From an uncultured Gemmatimonadaceae bacterium (GTDB lineage Bacteria > Gemmatimonadota > Gemmatimonadetes > Gemmatimonadales > Gemmatimonadaceae), in assembly GCA_963790305.1 (NCBI GenBank), contig CAWBOC010000013.1, positions 181,793 to 245,792 on the forward strand: a stretch of 64,000 nucleotides of DNA. Reading direction: 5' to 3'. Under the pieces are notes generated by a model. It was not told the origin of the DNA, did no database searches, and saw only the letters and a program-made list of their open reading frames with translations. Below, piece by piece: positions 35,251 through 45,532 of this stretch (position 1 is the stretch's first letter; each line of letters starts with the position of its first letter). Both the position numbers and the translations under genes were made by a program.

Positions 35251-35515
35251 ACGGAACCACACGACGCTTATCTGCCCCAAGTGCGGCAGCGAGTCGGCAG
35301 CTACGAGCGCAACGGAGTGGGGGTTCATGAGACCAGTGCAGCCTCCAAGGGGGTCTTCCTCGACCGCGGTGGGCTGGAGCACTTGGTCGATGCCGAGGGC
35401 TCCCACTACGAGCGCCGAGTTCTCTGAGCGCTCGCAGGAGAAGGGCGGCGAGCGCGAGGGGAAGTCGAAGAAGCGCAGCTTCCTCGAGGGCGTCCTCGAG
35501 ATGGGCGGGGAATGA
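35250..35515 (+). CDS. zf-TFIIB domain protein; frameshifted
   Basis: LICPKCG..YERNGV..DQC...G.FLDRG.LEHLVD and a KKRSFL tail. Confidence 0.7.
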
Positions 35516-35534
35516 GCGCGGGCCGCCCTGGAGC

Positions 35535-37607
35535 AAACGAGACCTCGCATTGATAGCCGGGGATGCCGTCCTCGCCGTCGTCATCGCTTCCGCCATAGTC
35601 GAAGCGCCGCTCGAGCTCGCCGATCGGCTGCAGCCGGCCCCGCCGGTCGACGGTGAGGAAGCTCAGGTCCGAGGCACTGCTGCGCCAGGCCGCCCGGCTG
35701 CTCGCCGTCTTCGCGGCTGACGGTCGGCAGGCCCATCACGCCGTTGCCGTCGCGCCTCGATCAGGCTGTTGAAGGCGTGGCTGCGGCCCTCGCTCTCGTA
35801 GCGCTGCTCGAGCCGCACCGACGAGGCGATGCGGGGCAGCCGGTCGAGGTCGATCAGGGTCACCATCAGCCCGTCCAAGTCGCGATAGCCGGTCAGGACG
35901 ATGTCGCTGCCCGCCTGCTCGGCGCGGATCACGGTGTGGCTGACGCGGAAGCGCGCGCACGTCCTGCGGCCGGTCGACCGGCACGACATAGGCGGGCGGC
36001 ATCGCATTTTCCGCAAGGCCGCGCCGGTAGCGGCCGAGGCTGCCATAGACGAGGTAGCGGTCGGTGAAGCGGTTGGCGATGATAGTGCGACTTGACGCCG
36101 GGCAGCGGCGTGTAGCGGTCGTGCGCCACCTCGCGGACGGTCGGGCCGAAGCTGGTCAGCGGAATGTCGAGATAGGCGAGCCGCGCCTCGGTACTCGCGC
36201 TCGTTGTTGCAATAACGCGGCCGGTCCTTGAGCAAAGCGCGGAAGCGGCCGCCGCGCGAATGGAGCGAGAATTGGTCGGGCGGCACGCCGCGCGCGCCGA
36301 TCAGCCCCGGCGCGGCGCCGTCGACCGGCACGCGGTAGAGCAAAGCCGGCTCGTAGGTCGTCTCGAAGGTCGGCGGGCGCGTCGCAGGCCTGGCGAATCG
36401 TAGGATTGGTATTCGCGCGACACCGTCCACAGGAAGGCGTCGCTCTCGGTCACATACCATTGCGACGGTGTTCGGGCCGACGAAGGCGGTGGTGCGGCAT
36501 TCGAGGTCGCGGTCCGCGCCGACCGCGCCGAGCGGGCAGACCGAGACGGTGTGGACGGTCGGATCGTCGAGCGGCGCGGACCGGGCGGTAGATCTCGGCC
36601 GCGTCGAACAGGGGCCGGCTGCGGCGATCGATGTCGACCTCGGCGTTCCTCGTCGGAACGCCAGCGGCGCACGACCGGCCAGCTGAACGCTGGCGCCGGT
36701 CATGTCCGCGACACGTCGAACGGCGTGTAGATGACCAGATTGTCGCCGATCAGCCGCGTCGCGTAATTGCTCGAGCTGTAATAATCGTTGGACGACATGT
36801 AGAAGACGCCCTCGCGGCGCAGCCGGCCGTCGCCGTGTCGAGCCGGAACACCGACAATTCGGTGGCGTCGCTGGCGGTAGGAATAGCCGGTGATCAGCAC
36901 GCGGTCGCCGAACACCAGCATCTCGTCATACCACATGTCGCTCGCCCGGGTCGCGATAGACGTTGGTCCGGTCGGCGAGCGCGAGCCGGCGGCCGCTGCC
37001 GCCGCGCGTGTCGACCACGAAGATGCGGCCGTCCTGCAGGACCAGCAGGAACTGGTTGATCTGCTTGACGATGTCGCCTTCCTCGACGTTGCGCATCTGG
37101 TTGTTGGTGATCTGGCCGTTGGTCGCCGGGGTGACCGAGACCGCGCGGTTGGTCGGCGCCGGGATGCGGCTGCCGGTGACGATGACATTGCCCTCGTCGC
37201 TCGTCCCCGACTGCGGCCGCGCATTGCGGATCGCTGTCGGGGCAGATCGGCTCGACCGCGTCGGATTGGACGTCGCCGGTTTCGCGCCTGGGCGAACTGG
37301 ATGTGGCCGGAGCCGGCGTACCAGCCCCGGCGCGCCCGGTTCGCGGCCAGCACCGCGCCGAGATAGCGGCGGAACTCGTCCTCGCTGGCGAAGCGGGTCA
37401 GGGTCGGGGTTGTCGAACGCGGCCAGGGCCGCGTCGGCCGCCTCGCGCTGGGCGGGCGTCGGACTGGTGCCAGGTCGGACGAGGCATCGGCTCTCCGACC
37501 TCCTGGATCAGGTCGCCGTCATAGCCGGCGACGGTCCGCTGACCGGTTGCCGCGCCCGACAGCGCTGCCAAACATGCTGCGACAATTGCGTACCGTCCGA
37601 AGCCCAT
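35535..37607 (-). CDS. Secreted beta-propeller domain protein (Beta_propel-like); frameshifted, 3'-truncated
   Basis: Signal peptide MGFGRYAIVAACLAALSGAATG, ITNNQMRNVEEGDIVK, WYDEMLV, SNDYYS..NYATRL, ESEGRSHAFN; breaks off after YQCEVS. Confidence 0.8.
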
Positions 37608-37967
37608 GGCCGTCCTCCCGCAAGTCGTGGAAGACTATCCCAAAACGGCCGAGAATCCTAGCCCGCGGCGGAGCCTTCGAGCGCCCTGGAGCGTGACTAA
37701 CTCAGCGGGCCTCGATGGGGCCGCGACGCTCGCGCATCGCTCCCCTTCCGGCTTCATAACGTGGCGTGGACCGTGGCAACCGCCTTCATCCCGCCGCGAT
37801 GCGGGCGGCGGCCTGGATCGTTTCGGCCTCGACGCCGTGCCTGGCGTGCTTTTCACGGCACTGGCTCGAGCGAGGGTTTCCGTTGCAAAGTGGATCAATC
37901 GCGGCGCTTCCTGCTGATGACAAGCGCCGTGGATCGGCCTATTCTGGCCGAGGGGGGAGTGTTGGCC

Positions 37968-39400
37968 ATGCCCTACACGACCGATTATCGTTTCGACCTG
38001 TTCGTCAGCTACGCCCATTTCGACAATGCGCCCGCGCTCGACGGCGTCCAGTGGGTGTCTGAACTTCACAATCATCTCCGCAGCGCGCTGCGGCAAAGGA
38101 TCGGGCGCGGCGCCGACGATCTCAAAATCTTCTTCGATCCCATGCTGCGCGCCAACCAGCGGCTTCCGGAGCTTCTGGAAGCGGCGAAAAACTCCGCGAT
38201 CTTCCTGGCGGTCGGCTCCCGCGCCTGGGTCAGCCGGGAGTTCACGCTGCGGGAGCTCGCGGCATTTTGCGACGCGAACCCGGACCCATCGCGGCTGTTC
38301 CTGGTCGAATGCCTGCCGCTCCATCCCACTCTGGAGCATTATCCCAAGGCGCTCGAACAACATCTCCGGATCGAGCTCCATTCCAGCAGCGACGGCGGTC
38401 CGGCGATGCCGCTGTCGCCGATCGCCGACGCGGCGCGGTTCCGCGAGGGTGTCCATCGCCTGGCCGAACAGATTGGCGACCGCCTGATCCCGATGCGGAA
38501 AGGCGCGGCCGGTTTCCCGCCAAAGCCGAGAGCGCCGGCCGCCGCTGCCGCCGCACCGGCCCGGGCTATACCAGCCAAATGCGCGGTGCTGATCGCGCAG
38601 CCGACCGACGACCTCGCCGACGAGGCGGCCCAGCTCGATCATTTCCTCCGGCAATTCGGCATTCCGACCCGTGTCGCCAGCCGCTTCCCGCAGGGCGGGC
38701 CCGACTTCACCGATGCGTTCCAGCAGGACCTCGGCGACTGCGGCTTGATGGTGCAGCTGCTGGGCCCCTATGCCGGTCGCCGGCCCGACGACCTGCCGAT
38801 CGGTTATACCCATTTCCAGGCGCAGGCGGCGCAGGCGGGGAAGGTCGCGATCATGCAATGGCGGCGGCCGGACCTCGATCCGGCCAGCGTCGCCGACGAG
38901 GGCTATGCCTCGCTTCTCGAGGGGGACACGGTGACCTCCTCGACGCTCGAGGAATTCAAGGAAGCGGTAAAGGCCAGGGCGCTCGCCTGCGCGACCCCGC
39001 CCGGGCCGAGGAAGCCGTCCTCGCTGGTCTTCATCGATGCCGACATCAGCGACATCGCCATCGCCCGCACCATCCAGAAGGAGTTCGCCGCGCACAAATT
39101 CCCGGCCGCGCTGCCCAGCGGCGGGGAAACGTCGGAAGAGACGCGCGTCGAGCTCGAGGAATATTTCGTCGATTCGGACGTGATCATCTTCCTCTACGGA
39201 TCGTCCAAGCCGACCTGGATCAACGGCCAGCTCAGGCTCTACACCAGGCTCCGGCACAAGCGGGAAACCGACCCGAGGCTGCTCGCCGTCTATACCGGGC
39301 CGCCGGAGAACAAGGAGGAGATCGGCTTCCTCATTCCGGACGCGCGCGAGCTCTATTGTTCCGAGAGCTGGAACCTGGAGCCGATCCGCCAGCTCATCCG
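37968..39400 (+). CDS. TIR-domain protein with two further TIR/DUF4062-like domains; no stop before manC
   Basis: Strong RBS; FDLFVSYAH, SAIFLAVGS, FTLREL; later VLIAQPTDDL..MVQLLG and VFIDAD..SDVIIFLYG segments. Confidence 0.8.
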
Positions 39401-39410
39401 TGGACAGACG

Positions 39411-40820
39411 ATGACGCGCATAACCCCCCTCATCATGTGCGGCGGCGCCGGCACGCGGCTTTGGCCGGCTTCCCGCCAGGCTGCCCCCAAGCAATTCATC
39501 AACCTCATGGGGCCGCGCTCGACTTTTCAGGAGACGCTCGCGCGGACCACGGATCCTGACTTGTTCGACCCGCCGGTCGTGATCACGAATGCCGACTATC
39601 GCCACATGGTTGCGGACCAGGTCGCGGAACTCGGTCTGCAGGCCGACATTCTGCTGGAGCCCGTGCGGCGCGATTCAGGCCCGGCAATCGCAGCTGGAAC
39701 TGCGTTCATTGCCTCACGCCATCCGGACGCGCTTGTGTTGGTGCTTGCGGCGGATCATGTCGTCCTCGACGTCGACAGTTTTCGCGCCGCCGCCCGATCT
39801 GCGGCGCGCAGCGCCGGACGCGGCTCGCTCGTATGCTTTGGCGTGAAGCCCGACCGGCCCGCAACCGGCTATGGATATTTGAAGCCTGGGCCTGCAACCC
39901 AAGACGACGGCGTGCGCGCCCTGGAGGGCTTTGTCGAAAAGCCGGACGCCGCGCGAGCTGAAACTTACGTCAAGTCTGGGTACCTGTGGAATTCGGGCAA
40001 CTTCCTCTTTCGCGCCGACGCTCTTCTCGACGAGTACCGGAAATTCGACGCGGCGACGGTTGAGGCCGCGTCGAAAGCAGTTTCGCAAGCGGAACGGGAC
40101 GGCGCGTTCCTATTTCTTGACGCCGAAAGCTTCAGCGGCGCGACGGCGCTCTCTATCGACTATGCCGTCATGGAGCGAACGAACAATTCGTGCGTCATCG
40201 CGGTCGCGATGGGGTGGTCGGACGTCGGCACCTGGGACGCGGTGTGGGAGCTCTCGGCGAAAGACGCAGCTGGCAACGCTGCAAAAGGCGATGCGATCTT
40301 TCAGGACTCGGGAGGCAACTACGTTTCAGCTGAGAATCTCGTTTGCCTCGTCGGCGTCTCCAACCTAGGCGTCATTCAAACTCGCGACGCAACGCTGGTC
40401 TTCGACCGCTCCAAGGGCGAGTCCGTGCGCCAACTCGTGAAACACCTCGAAGGCGCGCATCGGTCCGAGGCGCTGGAGCACACCAAGGTGTTCCGACCTT
40501 GGGGTTCTTACGAGCGGCTGGACTTCGGCCCGCGCTATCAGGTCAAGCACATCGTCGTGAAGCCAGGCGGAAAACTGTCTCTTCAGAAGCATTTCCATCG
40601 CGCGGAGCACTGGGTCGTCGTGCGCGGCACGGCTCTCATCACGATCGACGGCAAGCAATCGCAACTGAATGAGAACGAATTCCACCTACATTCCGCTCGG
40701 CGCTTTGCACCGACTCGAAATCCGGGGAAGATCCCCCTTGAGCTGATCGAGGTTCAATCGGGATCGTATCTGGGCGAGGACGACATCGTCCGGTTTGACG
40801 ACGTCTACAAACGAACCTGA
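39411..40820 (+). CDS. manC: Mannose-1-phosphate guanylyltransferase / mannose-6-phosphate isomerase
   Basis: MCGGAGTRLWP.SR...PKQF, FVEKPD, WNSGNF, SIDYAVME, WSDVGTW, RPWG, and LSLQKHFHRAEHW cupin. Confidence 0.95.
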   Translation: MTRITPLIMCGGAGTRLWPASRQAAPKQFINLMGPRSTFQETLARTTDPDLFDPPVVITNADYRHMVADQVAELGLQADILLEPVRRDSGPAIAAGTAFIASRHPDALVLVLAADHVVLDVDSFRAAARSAARSAGRGSLVCFGVKPDRPATGYGYLKPGPATQDDGVRALEGFVEKPDAARAETYVKSGYLWNSGNFLFRADALLDEYRKFDAATVEAASKAVSQAERDGAFLFLDAESFSGATALSIDYAVMERTNNSCVIAVAMGWSDVGTWDAVWELSAKDAAGNAAKGDAIFQDSGGNYVSAENLVCLVGVSNLGVIQTRDATLVFDRSKGESVRQLVKHLEGAHRSEALEHTKVFRPWGSYERLDFGPRYQVKHIVVKPGGKLSLQKHFHRAEHWVVVRGTALITIDGKQSQLNENEFHLHSARRFAPTRNPGKIPLELIEVQSGSYLGEDDIVRFDDVYKRT

Positions 40821-40885
40821 AGGCTGCTAGCCGAACGCGCGCGGCCCTTTACGGCTTTTACGGCTGAGCAGCGCAAGGAAGTGCG

Positions 40886-41889
40886 CTAGCCGTAATAGGA
40901 CCGGTACCAGGCGGCAAACTTCGCAATCCCGTCCTCGATCGGCGTCGCGGGCTTGAAGCCGACGTCCTCGACCAGCGCATCGACATCGGCGTAGGTCTTC
41001 GGGACGTCGCCCGGCTGCAGCGGCAAGAAATTCTTCTTTGCCTCGCGGCCCAGCGCCTTCTCGATACACCCGATGAAGTACATGAGTTCGACGGGATTGT
41101 TGTTGCCGATGTTGTAGATGCGGTAGGGCGCAAACGAGGCGCCAGGGTCGGGCGCGTCGGCCGTCCATTTCGGGTCTGGGGCCGCGACCTTGTCGGCGGT
41201 CCGCACGACGCCCTCGACGATGTCGTCGATATACGTGAAATCGCGCGCGTGATGACCGTTGTTGAAGACGTCGATCGGCTCTCCCGCCAGAATCTTGCGC
41301 GTGAAAATGAACAACGCCATGTCTGGGCGGCCCCACGGCCCGTAGACCGTGAAAAATCGCAATCCCGTCACCGGCAGCTGGAAAAGACTCGCGTAGGCGT
41401 GCGCCATCAGCTCGTTGGCTTTTTTCGTCGCGCCGTAAAGGCTCAACGGGTGATCAACATTGTGATGGACGCTGAACGGCATCGCCGTGTTCGCGCCGTA
41501 GACGGAACTCGAAGAGGCGAAGACGAGATGCTGCACGCCATTGCGCCGGCAGCCTTCGAGAATGTTCTGCGTGCCGACGATGTTAGCGTCGATGTAAGCG
41601 TGCGGATTTTCGATTGAATAGCGAACGCCGGCTTGGGCCGCGAGGTGGATGACCTTGTCTGGCCGCTCCACCTTGAAGAGAGCCTCGATAGAAGGGCGAT
41701 CGGCGATATCCTGGCGAATGAACTTGAAGCCGTTTCGGCCGTTAGTCGGGCCAAGCGGGCGTCTTTCAGGCGCGGATCGTAGTAATTGTTGATGTTGTCG
41801 ACGCCGACGACCTCGTCGCCCCGATCGAGAAGATATTTCGCAGTATGGAAGCCGATGAAGCCAGCCGCGCCGGTGACCAGAAATCTCAT
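40886..41889 (-). CDS. UDP-glucuronate 4-epimerase-like NAD-dependent epimerase; frameshift ~41735
   Basis: [30 protein letters not shown], and [13 protein letters not shown]. Confidence 0.92.
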
Positions 41890-42030
41890 CTCAACGGGTC
41901 CATGTCGTTCGAATGGCGCCGCCGCACTCGCCCGAAGGCGGCCGCGAAGGGCGCTGCTTTGTCTGATAGGGGATGCAATTAGTCAAACGTCGCGTCGCGC
42001 CGTCTGCTATCCGACCACTTTTGCACCGCC

Positions 42031-42055
42031 GGAACCCCGGCGGCCAGCGCGCGTT
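42031..42055 (+). promoter_or_regulatory. sigma-EcfG/sigma-T-type promoter upstream of cinA
   Basis: GGAAC-N16-CGTT exact match. Confidence 0.7.
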
Positions 42056-42152
42056 TGACCGGTTGGACCCGGACTCTGAAGGACCGATCTGCTGACGTTC
42101 GTCTTAACGCCCCGTCAGGGCGCTTCTCGATCGCCGCTCGAAGGATCATTTG

Positions 42153-42722
42153 ATGACGAAAAGTGTCACACGCCCGATGCAAGAGGCGGTTGACGATCGC
42201 GATTACAGGGACGGCGAACGATCCCTGACCGAGTTGTCGGGCGAAGTGATCGCGAAAGCCCGGCAGCTCGACTTGATGCTCGTCACGGCTGAATCCTGCA
42301 CGGCGGGCGCGCTTGCAACATTGCTTTGCGACACGCCTCACGCCGGCGAGGTCATGCTTGGCGGCTTCGTTGCGTACTCCAAGTCGTGCAAGGAAAACGT
42401 GCTTGGCGTCCCGCGCGAGTTGATATCGGATCATACAGCGGTGAGCGCCGAGGTTGCGTCTGCGATGGCCCTAGGCTCCTTGAACAAGTGCAGCGCCGAC
42501 ATCGCCATCGCCATCACCTGCGTCGGCGGACCGAAACCGGATGAGGACGGCAACCCCGTGGGACTCACGCACATCGCGGTTCACGACCGCGACGGAGGCT
42601 GGTCTCGTGAACGCCTTTGCGTTGAAAAGCAGACTTCCGGCCAGATCCGCGGCGACGTCCTTCGCCATGCGCTTCAACTTCTGTTGACGCACATCAGAAA
42701 TTACAAGCGCTCTGCGCCGTGA
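42153..42722 (+). CDS. CinA C-terminal family protein (PncC-like NMN deamidase)
   Basis: TAESCTAG, VAYS..K...LGV, AVSAEVA..MA.G, and PVGLTHIAV. Confidence 0.88.
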   Translation: MTKSVTRPMQEAVDDRDYRDGERSLTELSGEVIAKARQLDLMLVTAESCTAGALATLLCDTPHAGEVMLGGFVAYSKSCKENVLGVPRELISDHTAVSAEVASAMALGSLNKCSADIAIAITCVGGPKPDEDGNPVGLTHIAVHDRDGGWSRERLCVEKQTSGQIRGDVLRHALQLLLTHIRNYKRSAP

Positions 42723-42963
42723 TCGCAATTCACGCGAGACTGTTATCAACGACGTACGGAGACGCCACCCTGAAAGCCAGCGCCAAGAAAAAGTCGGCCA
42801 AACGCAAAGGCGATGGGGATGAGTTGCGTGATAGCAAATCCCAACCACCGGACAGACGCGGAGAGGCGCGTCGAACGACGCCTGCCGGCAAGGGCCGCTC
42901 GCAATAACTACTCGCCGGAGCAGCCGACGTCCGTCCCTTTTGTCGATGGACTAAGGTCGGAGC

Positions 42964-42988
42964 GGAACGGCGGCGCCCGTCCAGCGTT
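42964..42988 (+). promoter_or_regulatory. sigma-EcfG-type promoter upstream of sodC
   Basis: GGAAC-N16-CGTT exact match, 36 nt before the ATG, followed by a GGAGG RBS. Confidence 0.75.
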
Positions 42989-43023
42989 GCTTCAGCACAT
43001 CACTCTCGAACGGAGGTTAGCAG

Positions 43024-43545
43024 ATGAAAAGACAAGTCGCCGTGTTGGGTGTTTTGTTCGCCTCTTTCGCTGGCGCCGCGAACGCGGCTGAAAAAGTCGT
43101 CGCCATCAACGGCATCACCGCCGAAGGCGTCGGCGCCAAGATCGGCGAGATCGCCGTCAGCGAGGCGGGAAAGGGAACGGAATTCAAGATCAATGTCGCC
43201 GAAATTCCTGACGGCGAGCACGGCTTTCACGTTCACGAAAAGGGCGATTGCGGACCGGGCCTTAAGGATGGAAAGCCTGCTGCCGGCATGGCGGCTGGCA
43301 ATCACTATGACCCGCAAGCCACGAAGTCACACAAGGGGCCACACGCCCCGGGCCACAGCGGCGATCTGCCAAAGCTGGCTGCAAAATCCAAGAAGATTTC
43401 CGAGACGGTCGTTGCGCCCAACTTGCCCTTTGCTGAAACCGCCGGTCGCGCCCTCATGATCCACGAAGGCGGCGATACCTATTCCGATACGCCCGAAAGC
43501 GGCGGCGGCAAGGGCCGCATCGCCTGTGGCGTTGTGCCGAAATAG
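43024..43545 (+). CDS. sodC: Periplasmic Cu/Zn superoxide dismutase
   Basis: Signal peptide; HGFHVHE, GNHYDP, H.GP...GH.GDLP, MIHEGGD, and GRIACG. Confidence 0.95.
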   Translation: MKRQVAVLGVLFASFAGAANAAEKVVAINGITAEGVGAKIGEIAVSEAGKGTEFKINVAEIPDGEHGFHVHEKGDCGPGLKDGKPAAGMAAGNHYDPQATKSHKGPHAPGHSGDLPKLAAKSKKISETVVAPNLPFAETAGRALMIHEGGDTYSDTPESGGGKGRIACGVVPK

Positions 43546-43569
43546 CGGCGGCGTCGGCGGCTTATCGGG

Positions 43570-43755
43570 TCACTTCCTCGTTCCGCGGTCTCGATCCCCT
43601 TGATGGGAGTCGGCCTCGTCGTTAACGCGCGTTTCGGGGTTATCGGTAGGCATCGGTCCGACCTGAGGCTTAGGCTTCTCGGTCGATGAAATGTGTGGGT
43701 TGAAACCGCCCTTATCTGCGTTGGAAGGCGTCGACTGTCCGGCGCGTCTTGCCAT
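43570..43755 (-). CDS. Small hydrophilic hypothetical protein (61 aa)
   Basis: AGGAG RBS; low-complexity hydrophilic ORF downstream of a stress promoter. Confidence 0.55.
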   Translation of the reverse strand: MARRAGQSTPSNADKGGFNPHISSTEKPKPQVGPMPTDNPETRVNDEADSHQGDRDRGTRK

Positions 43756-43787
43756 GATGGGTTCTCCTAGGTCCCTGTTGCGGGTTT

Positions 43788-43982
43788 TTACTCGCCGCCG
43801 CGCTTGGCCTCCCCTGCTTCCGCCGCCTCAGCCACCAGAGCCGCTGTAGCGACTTCAGGCACTTTGGCGCGGACCGCAGGCTGCGGTGGTTTTTGCTCCG
43901 ATTTGAGCGAGACGTAGAGCAACAGCATCGTCAGCAGAAATGGAACTCCGATGGCGAGCATCATTTTCAGGAATTCGCTCAT
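43788..43982 (-). CDS. Small single-TM hypothetical protein (64 aa)
   Basis: GAGG RBS, N-terminal TM (MMLAIGVPFLLTMLLLYV), and a promoter directly upstream. Confidence 0.6.
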   Translation of the reverse strand: MSEFLKMMLAIGVPFLLTMLLLYVSLKSEQKPPQPAVRAKVPEVATAALVAEAAEAGEAKRGGE

Positions 43983-44013
43983 GGGGGCCTCTCGTCGTTT
44001 TAGATATGGGAGG

Positions 44014-44038
44014 AACGGAGCCTTGCGCGAAAAGTTCC
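44014..44038 (-). promoter_or_regulatory. sigma-EcfG-type promoter for the two small ORFs
   Basis: Minus strand GGAAC-N16-CGTT exact match. Confidence 0.72.
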
Positions 44039-44066
44039 ATGGAAACGCCGATAGTTGACTGCCCGA

Positions 44067-44963
44067 TTATCTAGCCGCCGGATGCTCGGACGTCGCTGGC
44101 CGCACGAGAACCTTTACGGGCTGGGTTTCAAGCGTGATCACGGCCGAAGCATCGGCTGCTGGCGCACTGAAGTGCGCATCGTCGATGCGATAGGGCGCAT
44201 TTCGCCAGGTCAAGTTCACCTCTTTTGCGAAGCGAACCGTCACGGGGGGCGGGCCCTCGCAAGACGAGGCCAGCCAATCCACGAATGCATCACGCTGATG
44301 CGCCGCGAGCGTCACAATCTCCAGCAGTCCGTCGCCGGCCTTGGCGTGCTCAGCCAACTTTAGGCCCGGACCCACGTACGCGATGCTGGTCGCCTCGATC
44401 GCCAGCAAATCGCCGCCGACCGGCCCGTCGCCGGGTGAGGGCCGAACGTCCAGCACGTCGGCTTTGGCCACGATCTTCGACAGCAATTTGCGGCCGTCGC
44501 GCAATTGGGCGGCGCCTTGGCTTTCGAGGTTGGCCCCCTTCTTGATCAACTTGGCGAATGGTCCAATTCCGAAAGCCTCGACGAAGCGCGTCTGGCCCCA
44601 CGGACCGCGTGCGACGCCAACGTTCAAGGGACGCCAGTGATCAAGATCCCAACTTTCGGCGAGGTCAGTCGGCGTGCCAAAAACGCCAACCGAACGAGCG
44701 ATGTTGTTGGCGGTGCCGAGGGGCAAAATGGCGACCGGCACGCTGCGGTCGACGAGGCTCGAAACCACCTTCGCAACGGTTCCATCGCCGCCGGCGACGA
44801 CGACGAGGTCCACCTTTTCATTGACATTCAAATTCATGAGGGAGCGCTCATCGGGCGGGCAGAACGTCACGTCAAAACCGGCGAGGCGGAGCGCCGCCTT
44901 GATCGCCGACTTCGAATGATTTCCCCAACCGGCATTGGTGTTGTGAAAGACGACGCAATGCAT
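44067..44963 (-). CDS. Diacylglycerol/lipid kinase family protein
   Basis: HNTNAG, VAGGDGTV, PLGTANNIA, and GDGLLEIV. Confidence 0.88.
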   Translation of the reverse strand: MHCVVFHNTNAGWGNHSKSAIKAALRLAGFDVTFCPPDERSLMNLNVNEKVDLVVVAGGDGTVAKVVSSLVDRSVPVAILPLGTANNIARSVGVFGTPTDLAESWDLDHWRPLNVGVARGPWGQTRFVEAFGIGPFAKLIKKGANLESQGAAQLRDGRKLLSKIVAKADVLDVRPSPGDGPVGGDLLAIEATSIAYVGPGLKLAEHAKAGDGLLEIVTLAAHQRDAFVDWLASSCEGPPPVTVRFAKEVNLTWRNAPYRIDDAHFSAPAADASAVITLETQPVKVLVRPATSEHPAAR

Positions 44964-44989
44964 CAGCTCACCAGGCGTTCAGTGGCACG

Positions 44990-45016
44990 AAAACCGGGCG
45001 TTCGGTGAACGCCCGG
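44990..45016 (-). terminator. Rho-independent terminator after the lanmodulin-like gene
   Basis: 10-bp stem CCGGGCGTTC/GAACGCCCGG followed by TTTT on the minus strand. Confidence 0.7.
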
Positions 45017-45072
45017 AGCGGTAAAGCTTAAGACCCCGACCTCGGGATCGGCTCTTCAAGGAATCCGATAAG

Positions 45073-45481
45073 TCACTTTTGAAGAACGCTCAACAGCGAC
45101 TTGCCTTCACGCAGTTCCGAGTTCGTTGCAGTCGACGGTGCCGTCGTTGTCCGGATTCGCCGCCGTGAAGCGCGCCTCTACGACTTTCATGAACTCTGCA
45201 TCGTCAAGCGTGCCGTCCCCATCGGGGTTGGCGGCCTGAAACTCTTCCTTGGTCAGCCGGCCTTTGACTTCCTTTTCGTCGAGAGTTCCGTCGTTATCCG
45301 GATTGATGGCTTTGAACAGGGCCTTAGCCGCCGTCGTCGCTTCATTCATGTCGATCGTGCCATCATTGTCGGGGTTCAGCGTTTTCATTTCCGGGCAATC
45401 ATTGGCGGCGAAGGTCATCGTCGGACTGGCCAAAGCGCAGACGACGAAAAGGCCCAACAGGGCAAACGAATTCCTCAACAT
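45073..45481 (-). CDS. lanM: Lanmodulin-like periplasmic four-EF-hand protein (one extra base near 45109 gives a premature stop in the read)
   Basis: Signal peptide; loops NPDNDGTIDMNE, NPDNDGTLDEKE, NPDGDGTLDDAE, NPDNDGTVDCNE with Pro2 and 12/13/12 spacing; KGRL linker; shifted tail EGKSLLSVLQK*. Confidence 0.85.
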
Positions 45482-45532
45482 GACCAATCCTCCATGGGGA
45501 TGAGCGCAAACAATTGCGCTCGACGCCAATAC

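Noticed and set aside
37635..39605. 656-aa minus-strand ORF
   Set aside because: Antisense shadow of the GC-rich TIR gene, with no recognisable motifs.
42719..42907. Small Lys-rich ORF after cinA
   Set aside because: Weak start (GTG or CTG), low complexity and no motif; cannot be supported, though not excluded.
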